DNA of 64,000 nucleotides from an uncultured Bacteroidia bacterium. GTDB lineage: Bacteria; Bacteroidota; Bacteroidia; Bacteroidales; UBA932. The notes below the pieces were generated by a model, which worked only from the letters and a program-made list of their open reading frames with translations, was not told the DNA's origin and searched no databases. Numbering within the stretch: position 1 is the stretch's first letter; the number at the start of each line of letters is the position of its first letter. Position numbers and translations under genes: made by a program. Shown piece by piece: positions 46,924-55,224 of the stretch. The stretch spans positions 1,228 to 65,227 of the forward strand of contig CACZBP010000003.1 of assembly GCA_902779495.1 (NCBI GenBank), read 5' to 3'.

Positions 46924-48087
46924 ATGAAAAAGATTGTTTTTGCAGCAATGACGTTTTTGGCCGCCCTCGGATGTGAAAGGGTGGACCACAGCGGGGATTT
47001 CGCCCCGGAACCTCCGGCAGTTGCGCTGGAGGATGTCGCTCTGATCCTGTCGGATATCCCCATCGGGACTTCGCAGATGAAGGAGGTCCACGACGCCGTC
47101 AGCTCCTCCTCCGGTAACGGATATGACGACGAATATATGATGCGAGACCTGTTCTCCAGCCCCGGGACCGGGGTCGGTGACGATGCCACCAAGGCTGAGG
47201 CCCGCGAATATGAAAGGCCCCTGAAGGATATGATTTCCGAATATGTCCGCTCGCGCACGACCAAGGCCTCCGACGTTTCCCCGGAGGACTTCCTCTCGGC
47301 CCTGGAAAGCTCTGATATCCAGATATATTGGCCCGGCTGGGACAAATGGGACGGCGAGACGCTCCCGGTGGTGACCTTCGACCCGGCCGACGGCAGCTCC
47401 CGCAACACGGGCTACCGGATGCTTCCCGACGGCAGCGTGGACGAGATTGTAGTGGATGAGAATATGGCCGCCGAGACCCCGGTCTGGGTGGTGAACCGCA
47501 ACGACGACAGTGCCTACACTTCCCTGGAGATGCTCCGCCGCCAGGACCCGTCCTGGGGTGAGGGCTCGGGCAGTATCGTGATAGGCCGCACCAAGGCAAA
47601 CGCCCCCTGCAGGACCCTGCTGCTCAAGGACTTCAAGGCCAACCGCAACTACGACACCTGGTTCGCAGGAGCCAGCGAATTCTTCGTCAAATGCGCCGCC
47701 GTGGAGGACTTTTTCGCCACCACCGAGGCGGAGCTCAAGCTCTATTCCCCGGCGATTACCGACTTTATGATAGTGGTCAAGCGCAGCGAGGTCGGCCAGG
47801 TCAAGCCGTTCAATGCCGTGCTGGTCTCGCAATGGTCCGAGCAGCTGGGGACCTGCGCCTTTATGATCACCGAGGATGACGGCGGCACCATCACCTCGTG
47901 GAAATGCTCGGCCGAGGTGAAGATAAAGTCCAAGTCCTACGGCTTCGACATCTCCATCCCCTTCAACTCTCGCGACGACATAGTCTGGCGCGGCCAGCTC
48001 TCGGCAAAGTACTTCGAGAAGAACTCCTCCCGCACCGGCCACTTCGGCGACGTGGAACTCACCTTCGAGATTGAGGAATATCAGTGA
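46924..48087 (+). CDS. hypothetical lipoprotein
   Basis: Lipobox ALGC; host-like codon usage; three T-K-A motifs. Confidence 0.8.
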   Translation: MKKIVFAAMTFLAALGCERVDHSGDFAPEPPAVALEDVALILSDIPIGTSQMKEVHDAVSSSSGNGYDDEYMMRDLFSSPGTGVGDDATKAEAREYERPLKDMISEYVRSRTTKASDVSPEDFLSALESSDIQIYWPGWDKWDGETLPVVTFDPADGSSRNTGYRMLPDGSVDEIVVDENMAAETPVWVVNRNDDSAYTSLEMLRRQDPSWGEGSGSIVIGRTKANAPCRTLLLKDFKANRNYDTWFAGASEFFVKCAAVEDFFATTEAELKLYSPAITDFMIVVKRSEVGQVKPFNAVLVSQWSEQLGTCAFMITEDDGGTITSWKCSAEVKIKSKSYGFDISIPFNSRDDIVWRGQLSAKYFEKNSSRTGHFGDVELTFEIEEYQ

Positions 48088-48100
48088 TAATTCAGGAAGT

Positions 48101-48136
48101 ATTATAATCTTTTTTGGACATTATAATCATTTTTGG
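48101..48136 (+). promoter_or_regulatory. candidate antitoxin operator overlapping the promoter
   Basis: ATTATAATC(T/A)TTTTTGG at 48101 and 48120 (palindromic ATTATAAT core), directly before TACTTTTG. Confidence 0.55.
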
Positions 48137-48159
48137 TACTTTTGCGGAAAATGATGTAT

Positions 48160-48450
48160 ATGATTCAAGGAAAATCGCTTGTCAAGGTTGGTTCAAGCCT
48201 CGCACTTATCGTGCCGTCGGTCTTACTGAAAAGGCTTGGACTGTCGGCAGATACCGTCTTTGATATCGACGAGAAGGACGATAAGATCATATTGATTCCC
48301 CAAAAGCGGCAGATGAAAAGTTTAACCCTTCCCAAGCTCAGCCATCCGCTGACAGTCGACGGCAATCTCAAGGATATTGCAGGATCCGTCAGTTTCTCCG
48401 GGGAAGAAGTCCGTGCCGATGCCCGCCTGGCTGCAATCCTTGACTTATGA
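48160..48450 (+). CDS. AbrB/MazE-family antitoxin
   Basis: LVKVGSSLALIVP...LKRLGL......I..K..KIILIP swapped-hairpin pattern; start may be 48151. Confidence 0.8.
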   Translation: MIQGKSLVKVGSSLALIVPSVLLKRLGLSADTVFDIDEKDDKIILIPQKRQMKSLTLPKLSHPLTVDGNLKDIAGSVSFSGEEVRADARLAAILDL

Positions 48451-48866
48451 GAGTCTTCTTCGATACCAACATACTGCTTGATGTCGTCTTGAAAAGAGAT
48501 GACAAGGCTCTGACGGACAATGCAATCAAAGTGCTTTCCGCAGCAAAAGAGTTGGGTATGGAGCGATGTGTCGCAGCGATAACCATTCCTACGGTAGCAT
48601 ATGTTCTTAAAAAGATGGCCCCTCAAGAAAAGAAGGCCCTGCTGGCAAAACTGCTGGAAGGTCTGGACATCTTAAGTTCCAAGGCATCCCATGTTGAATC
48701 TGCGCTTAAGGGAGGTTTTAACGATATCGAGGATGCCATGCAGTACGCTTGCGCCCTTGAGAATAAATGTGATCTGATAATAACGAGGGATGTGCACGAC
48801 TATGCCCCTTCGCGCATCCCCATAATGAGCCCTTCGCAGTTTCTCAGTGGAATCGGTGCTGACTGA
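48447..48866 (+). CDS. PIN-domain (VapC-like) toxin
   Basis: RVFFDTNILLD, FNDIEDAMQY..A......IITRD..DY; ATGA overlap with the antitoxin. Confidence 0.9.
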   Translation: MRVFFDTNILLDVVLKRDDKALTDNAIKVLSAAKELGMERCVAAITIPTVAYVLKKMAPQEKKALLAKLLEGLDILSSKASHVESALKGGFNDIEDAMQYACALENKCDLIITRDVHDYAPSRIPIMSPSQFLSGIGAD

Positions 48867-48938
48867 CGTGTCCGTCCAAGGGGAGGATTGACATCCTTAC
48901 CGCAGCCTGGATTCGGGGGTCTGGGGGTCGGTGCCTTT

Positions 48939-49640
48939 TCAGATCTGGAAGTGGAGGAGGGCTTCCGCCAGACGGAGGTCTTCCTTTGTAGTTATCTTGA
49001 GATTATAGCGCTCTCCTTCGCACCAGCCCAGGGGAATGCCGGCCTTGGCGGCGACTGAGGCGTCGTCGGTGAAGGAGGTGTCGAAGGCCTGGGCATAGGC
49101 CGCCTTGATGTCTTCCGAGAGGAACATCTGGGGGGTCTGGGCGCACCACACCTGGGAGCGGTCAATGGCCTGGCCTTCAATTGTTTGCAGGTGACCTTCG
49201 GAGTCTTTGGAGAGCAGTTTCAGGGTGTCCACCGAGGGGATGACGGGAATCAGGGCACGTGTGGAGGACATCTTCGCGACCATACCACGTATCAGTTTCT
49301 CGCTCACAAGCGGACGCACGCCGTCGTGGACGGCGACGATGGCGCCTTCGGGAATGCGAGCAAGGGCATTGCGCACGGAATGGAACCGGGTGATGCCGCC
49401 TTCCACCAGCAGCTGGGGCTGGGTGAAGGAATTCTCCAGGCAATACTGTTTCCACTGGTCCATATGGTCCTTGGGCAGCACGGTGACTACCTTCACATCA
49501 GGAACCGCCCGGACGAAGACCTCTATAGTGCGCTGGAGAATGGCCTTCCCGCCAAGGCAGAGAAACTGCTTGGGAGTTGCCGAGCCCATCCTGGTGCCGG
49601 AGCCGGCCGCCGTTATGACAAGATATAACTTTCTGCTCAT
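48939..49640 (-). CDS. ispD: 2-C-methyl-D-erythritol 4-phosphate cytidylyltransferase
   Basis: AAGSGTRMG...PKQFL, GG.TRFHSV.NAL, VHDGVRP, QTPQ.F, TDDASV, NLKITT.EDL. Confidence 0.95.
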   Translation of the reverse strand: MSRKLYLVITAAGSGTRMGSATPKQFLCLGGKAILQRTIEVFVRAVPDVKVVTVLPKDHMDQWKQYCLENSFTQPQLLVEGGITRFHSVRNALARIPEGAIVAVHDGVRPLVSEKLIRGMVAKMSSTRALIPVIPSVDTLKLLSKDSEGHLQTIEGQAIDRSQVWCAQTPQMFLSEDIKAAYAQAFDTSFTDDASVAAKAGIPLGWCEGERYNLKITTKEDLRLAEALLHFQI

Positions 49641-49715
49641 ATATATAGTGCAAAATTAGAAAATTCTTCGTAATTTTACGAAAAATATGTTGAACCCTGC
49701 AGACCCAATATAAAA

Positions 49716-50744
49716 ATGGCATTTTCTTTTTTGACACAGGAGCTCGCCATCGACCTCGGAACCGCCAACACCGTCATCTTCCAGAATGACCAGATAGTGC
49801 TTGACGAACCGAGCATCGTGGCACTTGACAACCACACCGGCAAGTGCATAGCCATAGGCCAGAAAGCCAAGCTGATGCACGAAAAGACGAACCCCGGCAT
49901 CAAGACCGTCCGCCCGCTTAAGGACGGCGTCATCGCGGACTTCAACGCCGCCGAGATGATGATCCGCGGCTTCATCAAGCAGGTGAACAGCAAACACAAG
50001 ACCCTCTTCACCCCCAACCTCAAAATAGTAGTAGGCATCCCCTCAGGCTCCACGGAAGTGGAAATCAGGGCCGTTCGTGACTCTTCCGAGCACGCCGGCG
50101 GCCGCGACGTCTACCTTATCTATGAGCCTATGGCAGCAGCCCTCGGTATAGGCCTCGACGTGGAAGCCCCCAAGGGCAATATGGTAGTCGACATCGGAGG
50201 CGGCACCGCCGAAATCGCGGTCATCTCCCTGGGCGGCATAGTCCAGCAGGAAAGCATCAAGACCGCAGGCGACGAGCTCACCAGCGACATCCAGTACTAC
50301 CTCCGCCAGCAGCACAACATCCGCGTCGGCGAGATTACCGCCGAGAAGATCAAGATGGCGGTGGGCGCCGTGATTCCCGACCTGACGGACGAGGAAGAGC
50401 CGGCGCCGTTCATCGTGCGCGGCCCGAACCTGATGACGGCCCATCCCGTCGAGGCCACGATCACCCACCAGGAGATCGCGCACTGCCTGGACAAGTCCAT
50501 CGCGAAAATCGAGACTTCCATCCTCCACGTCCTGGAGAACACCCCGCCGGAGCTCTACTCCGACATCGTCGAGAACGGCATCTTCCTGTCGGGCGGCGGC
50601 GCCCTGCTGCGCGGCCTCGCCCGCCGTTTCCAGGACAAGGTCAACATCCAGTTCCACGTCTCCGAGGACCCGCTCCACGCGGTGGCCCGCGGAACGTGCG
50701 ATGCGCTCAAGCATACCGACCGCTACTCTTTCCTGATGCGTTAG
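49716..50744 (+). CDS. mreB: rod shape-determining actin-like protein
   Basis: AIDLGTANT, RPLKDGVIADF, EPMAAALG, VDIGGGT, GGGALLRGL. Confidence 0.97.
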   Translation: MAFSFLTQELAIDLGTANTVIFQNDQIVLDEPSIVALDNHTGKCIAIGQKAKLMHEKTNPGIKTVRPLKDGVIADFNAAEMMIRGFIKQVNSKHKTLFTPNLKIVVGIPSGSTEVEIRAVRDSSEHAGGRDVYLIYEPMAAALGIGLDVEAPKGNMVVDIGGGTAEIAVISLGGIVQQESIKTAGDELTSDIQYYLRQQHNIRVGEITAEKIKMAVGAVIPDLTDEEEPAPFIVRGPNLMTAHPVEATITHQEIAHCLDKSIAKIETSILHVLENTPPELYSDIVENGIFLSGGGALLRGLARRFQDKVNIQFHVSEDPLHAVARGTCDALKHTDRYSFLMR

Positions 50745-50745
50745 G

Positions 50746-51579
50746 ATGCCACAGGGCCGGAAGACGTCTTCTTTCCTTGTCAGCGCGGCAATCTTCATTC
50801 TGTTGGAGGTTGCTGCGCTTGCGATGCTACAGGCCACTTCCACCCTGCAGGACATCTGGATCAACCGCGCCTCGCACCGGACGATGGCCTTCCTGTGGGG
50901 CCACGGGGAGTCGGTGCGGAGCCACTTCCAGCTGGAGCGGCTCAACCGCGAGCTCCAGGAGGAGAACGCCCGCCTGCAGGCGCAACTGCGCGCCTACGGG
51001 CGCCTGGAGACGGAGCAGGAGGAACTCGCCCGGATGGCGGCGCGCGATTCGACCTCCTACCGCTACATCCCCGCCACCGTGGTGAAGATGAGCCGCAACC
51101 GCAGCCACAACTACATCATCCTCAACAAGGGTTCGGAAGACGGCGTCCGCCCCCAGAGCGGCATCATCTCCGACAAGGGCGTGGTCGGCATCGTGGAGGC
51201 CGTGGACCGGCACTACTCCTACGGGCGCACGCTGATGGACCTGCAGATGAGCGTCGGGGCCCGGATCGGCCGGACCGAGGTCGTCTCGCTGCTTTCCTGG
51301 GACGGGATCCGGTCAAACGGCGCCGTGGTCCGCAACCTGCCGCCGCATTATTCCGTCGAGCCGGGCGACACCGTCCGGACGAGCGGCTATTCCACGATCT
51401 TTCCGCCGGACGTGCCGATCGGCGTCACGGGGGAGTCCCACCTGGTCGAAGGTTCGACCCGCGCCGTGGACGTCACCCTGTTCCAGGACTTTTCCACGGT
51501 CCGCTACGTGACGGTGGTGGAGAATCTCGAACGCACGGAAATCATGGCCCTGGAGGCCGCAGGGGAGGGTGAGCGATGA
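50746..51579 (+). CDS. mreC: rod shape-determining protein MreC
   Basis: TM + coiled coil, LNKGSEDGV, GVVGIV, GDTVRTSG.S.IFPPD.PIG; operon context. Confidence 0.93.
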   Translation: MPQGRKTSSFLVSAAIFILLEVAALAMLQATSTLQDIWINRASHRTMAFLWGHGESVRSHFQLERLNRELQEENARLQAQLRAYGRLETEQEELARMAARDSTSYRYIPATVVKMSRNRSHNYIILNKGSEDGVRPQSGIISDKGVVGIVEAVDRHYSYGRTLMDLQMSVGARIGRTEVVSLLSWDGIRSNGAVVRNLPPHYSVEPGDTVRTSGYSTIFPPDVPIGVTGESHLVEGSTRAVDVTLFQDFSTVRYVTVVENLERTEIMALEAAGEGER

Positions 51580-52091
51580 GACTGGGCGGCCTGAAATATT
51601 TCCTGCTTTTCCTCGCGCAGGCGGTCCTGTGGAACTATTTCAATTTCTCGCAGTTCATCGTCATCGCCATCCTGCCGGCGATGATCCTGTGCCTGCCCAT
51701 CTCCCGGAGCACCGTGGAGGCGATGCTCATCGCCTTCGTGACGGGGGTGGCGACCGACTTCCTGGTAACCGGGCAGCTGGGACTGACCGCCTTCGCCCTG
51801 GTGCCGGTGGCCCTGATCCGCCGCGGGGTGATCTCGCTGGTATTCGGCTCCGAACTCTTCGCCCGCGGCGAGGAGCTCTCGGTACGCCGGCTGGGCTGGC
51901 TGAAGTTCGTCCCCGCGGTCCTGCTGATGACGGGGGCCTTCCTGCTGCCCTACATCTGGCTGGACGACGCCGGCACGCGCCCCTTCTGGTTCGGCGCAGC
52001 CAAGTTCGGCCTTTCGCTCCTGCTGAGCGGTTTCGTGTCCGTGTTCATCTGCGACATCCTGCTTGAAGATACCGCCGCGCGATGGAGATGA
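51576..52091 (+). CDS. mreD: rod shape-determining protein MreD
   Basis: Multi-TM protein between mreC and mrdA; AF..G...D motif. Confidence 0.8.
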   Translation: MRLGGLKYFLLFLAQAVLWNYFNFSQFIVIAILPAMILCLPISRSTVEAMLIAFVTGVATDFLVTGQLGLTAFALVPVALIRRGVISLVFGSELFARGEELSVRRLGWLKFVPAVLLMTGAFLLPYIWLDDAGTRPFWFGAAKFGLSLLLSGFVSVFICDILLEDTAARWR

Positions 52092-53905
52092 ACCGGAAAA
52101 ACAGGCTTGTGATCGGGCTGGTGGCCGTTTCGGCCATCCTGCTGGGGAAGATTTTCTATATCCAGATCGTCAACGACAAGTACAAGAAGGACGCGTCGAA
52201 CAACTCGATGGTCTATAACTACGTCTATCCCCCGCGGGGGGTCATCTACGACCGCAACGGGGAGATCCTGGTGGGCAACGAGGTCTGCTACGACATTTCC
52301 GTGACCCCGCGCGACGTGGGACCCTTCGATACGCTGGCGCTCGCCACGGCACTGGACACCACGGCGGATTTCATCCGGGAAAGGATGGCCTACTACGCGC
52401 TCTACCGTACGCGGATCGGTTACCAGACGTTGCCGTTCATCAAGCACATCACCCCGGAGAACTACATCAAGTTCGCCGAGGAGGCCTACCGCTTCCCCGG
52501 CTTCAAGGCGGAGGTGCGCAGCGTGCGGCAATATCCCTTCAACGCCGGCGGCAACCTGCTGGGCTACATTTCCGAGGTGGATGCGGACTTCATCAAGGAG
52601 CATCCCGACTACCGCTCGGGCGACTATGTGGGCAAGACCGGCCTGGAGGCCGCGATGGAGGACAAGCTGCGCGGTGTGAAGGGCTACCACATCTATCTGC
52701 GGGACTCCCGCAACCGCCTCCAGTCCCCCTACAAGGACGGCGAGGAGGACAAGCCCGCCGAGCCGGGCCGGGACGTCGTGTCGACGATCGACGCGCACCT
52801 GCAGCAGTACGGCCAGCGGCTGATGGAGGGCAAGGTGGGCTCCGTCGTGGCCATCGAGCCGTCCACCGGCGAGATCCTGGCGATGGTATCCAGCCCGGGC
52901 ATCGACGTGGACGTGCTTAGCGACATCGGCAAGCATTACGCCGAGATCGCGCGCAATCCCCGCAAGCCGATGTTCAACCGCACCGTGATGGCGTCTTATC
53001 CGCCGGGCTCCGTGTTCAAGCTCATCAACGGCCTGATCGGCCTGCAGGAGGGCGTGCTGGTCCCGTCCGACAGCTATCCCTGCAACCACGGCTTCCCCTA
53101 TGGCGGCAACCGCCGGCTCGGCTGCCACGGCCACGCCTCGCCGCTGAACCTGCTGAGCGCGATCGCCACGTCCTGCAACGGCTATTTCTGCTACGTCTTC
53201 CGCAACATCCTGGACAACCGGCGTTACGGCAGCACGGCGGCGGCTTTCGACCGCTGGCGGGAGTATGTGCTGAGCTTCGGCTTCGGCCGCAAGCTGGGCA
53301 GCGACTTCCCCTCCGAACTGGGCGGCAACATCCCCACCTCCGCCTTCTACAACAAGGTGTACGGGGAGGGCCGCTGGCGCTTCCAGACCGTCATCTCCCT
53401 GTCCATCGGGCAGGGCGAGATCGGCGCCACGCCGCTCCAGATCGCGAACCTGGCGGCCACGATGGCGAACCGTGGCTATTACTACATCCCCCACATCGTG
53501 AAGGATTCCGAGGGGGTCGAGATCGATCCCAAGTACAAGGAGCGCCAGTACACCCTCGTGGACACGACGCACTTCAAGACCTGCGTGGAGGGGATGTACA
53601 TGGCCGTGAACGGCGGCGGCTCGGCGGGCGGCACCGCTTTCAGCGCCCGCATCCCCGGCCTGGACGTGTGCGGCAAGACCGGCACTGCCCAGAACCCGCA
53701 CGGAAAGGACAATTCCGTGTTCATCTGCTTCGCCCCCAAGGACAATCCGAAGATTGCCGTGGCGGCTTACGTCGAGAACGCCGGCTTCGGCGCCACCTGG
53801 GCGCTGCCGGTGGCTTCCCTGATGCTGGAGAAATACATCAACGGCGAGATTTCCCCTGAGCGCAAGTACCTGGAGGACCGCCTGCTGACCACCCGCTTCT
53901 TCTGA
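52088..53905 (+). CDS. mrdA: penicillin-binding protein 2
   Basis: PRGVIYDRNG, YPPGSVFK (SxxK), SCN, GKTGTAQ. Confidence 0.94.
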   Translation: MNRKNRLVIGLVAVSAILLGKIFYIQIVNDKYKKDASNNSMVYNYVYPPRGVIYDRNGEILVGNEVCYDISVTPRDVGPFDTLALATALDTTADFIRERMAYYALYRTRIGYQTLPFIKHITPENYIKFAEEAYRFPGFKAEVRSVRQYPFNAGGNLLGYISEVDADFIKEHPDYRSGDYVGKTGLEAAMEDKLRGVKGYHIYLRDSRNRLQSPYKDGEEDKPAEPGRDVVSTIDAHLQQYGQRLMEGKVGSVVAIEPSTGEILAMVSSPGIDVDVLSDIGKHYAEIARNPRKPMFNRTVMASYPPGSVFKLINGLIGLQEGVLVPSDSYPCNHGFPYGGNRRLGCHGHASPLNLLSAIATSCNGYFCYVFRNILDNRRYGSTAAAFDRWREYVLSFGFGRKLGSDFPSELGGNIPTSAFYNKVYGEGRWRFQTVISLSIGQGEIGATPLQIANLAATMANRGYYYIPHIVKDSEGVEIDPKYKERQYTLVDTTHFKTCVEGMYMAVNGGGSAGGTAFSARIPGLDVCGKTGTAQNPHGKDNSVFICFAPKDNPKIAVAAYVENAGFGATWALPVASLMLEKYINGEISPERKYLEDRLLTTRFF

Positions 53906-53906
53906 T

Positions 53907-55214
53907 ATGGCACCGCTCGATACAGGATCTTTCGACAGGGGACTCGGCAAGACCGTGGACTGGCGGCTCGTGGGCTGCTACCTGGCGCTGGTGCTGATCG
54001 GCTGGCTGAACATCTACGCCTCCATCCATTCCGCCGAGCCGGGGTCCATCTTCTCCTGGTCGGTGCGCAGCGGCAAGCAGGCGATCTGGATCGCGACGGC
54101 CATCGTGCTGGACGTCCTCATCCTGTTCGTCGTGAACCCGCGGCTCTGGGAGGTCATTTCTCCCTATGCCTACGTGGCGGTGTTCTTCCTGCTGGTGCTG
54201 GTCATCTTCGTGAGCAAGGACGTCAAGGGTTCGCATTCGTGGTTCGAGCTGGGGCCCGTCAAGTTCCAGCCGGCGGAGATATCCAAGATCACCACTTCGC
54301 TGCTACTGGCGATGGTGATGAGCAAGCCCAACTTCCGCCTGGCCAACCGGAAGCATTTCCTGTACGTGGCCCTGATCATCGGCATGCCGATGCTGGCGAT
54401 CCTCGGCGAAAGCGAGACCGGCTCCGCTCTCGTGTACGTGGGCTTCCTGTTCGTGCTGTACCGCGAGGGCCTGTCCGGCTGGTGGATCGCGCTGCTGGGG
54501 CTGGCCATCCTGCTTTTCATCCTGACGCTCGTCACGAAGTGGTGGATCTCGGTGACGGTGATGTTCGTCCTGTGCGCGGGCTATTACCTCCAGCTGCTGT
54601 ACCACAGCCGGCGCGAACAGCGCAATCTGCGCCGGCGGATGTTCTGGCGCTGCGTGATGGCTTTCCTGGCCGGCGTGGTGCTGGTCTTCGCGACCGACTT
54701 CATCTTCAACAACGTCCTCCAGGACCACCAGCGCAGCCGCATCGAGGTCCTGCTGGGCATGAAGGAGGACCCGGCCGGCGTGGGCTACAACGTGCGCCAG
54801 TCGATGATCGCCATCGGCTCGGGCGGCCTGTTCGGCAAGGGGTACCTGCAGGGGACGCAGACCACTTACGGCTTCGTGCCCGAGCAGAGCACCGACTTCA
54901 TCTTCTGCACGGTGGGGGAGGAATGGGGCTTCCTGGGCTGCCTGACGGTGATCCTGCTGTACGTCTTCATGATCTGGCGCATCCTGAACGACGCGGACCG
55001 AAGCCGGGAGGCGTTCACGCGCATCTACGGTTTCTGCCTCGCCGCCTGCCTGTTCATGCACCTGTTCATCAACATCGGGATGACCATCGGCCTGATGCCG
55101 GTGATCGGCATCCCGCTGCCGCTGCTCAGCTACGGCGGCTCGTCGCTGTGGGCGTTCTCCGTGATGATCTTCATCTTCATCGCGCTGGACCGCCAGGAAA
55201 AGAAATATTTTTAA
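53907..55214 (+). CDS. rodA: SEDS peptidoglycan polymerase RodA
   Basis: FQPAEISK, GYNVRQS.IAIGSGG..GKG, PEQSTDFIF, GIPLPLLSYGGSS. Confidence 0.95.
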   Translation: MAPLDTGSFDRGLGKTVDWRLVGCYLALVLIGWLNIYASIHSAEPGSIFSWSVRSGKQAIWIATAIVLDVLILFVVNPRLWEVISPYAYVAVFFLLVLVIFVSKDVKGSHSWFELGPVKFQPAEISKITTSLLLAMVMSKPNFRLANRKHFLYVALIIGMPMLAILGESETGSALVYVGFLFVLYREGLSGWWIALLGLAILLFILTLVTKWWISVTVMFVLCAGYYLQLLYHSRREQRNLRRRMFWRCVMAFLAGVVLVFATDFIFNNVLQDHQRSRIEVLLGMKEDPAGVGYNVRQSMIAIGSGGLFGKGYLQGTQTTYGFVPEQSTDFIFCTVGEEWGFLGCLTVILLYVFMIWRILNDADRSREAFTRIYGFCLAACLFMHLFINIGMTIGLMPVIGIPLPLLSYGGSSLWAFSVMIFIFIALDRQEKKYF

Positions 55215-55224
55215 CGTTCTGGAT

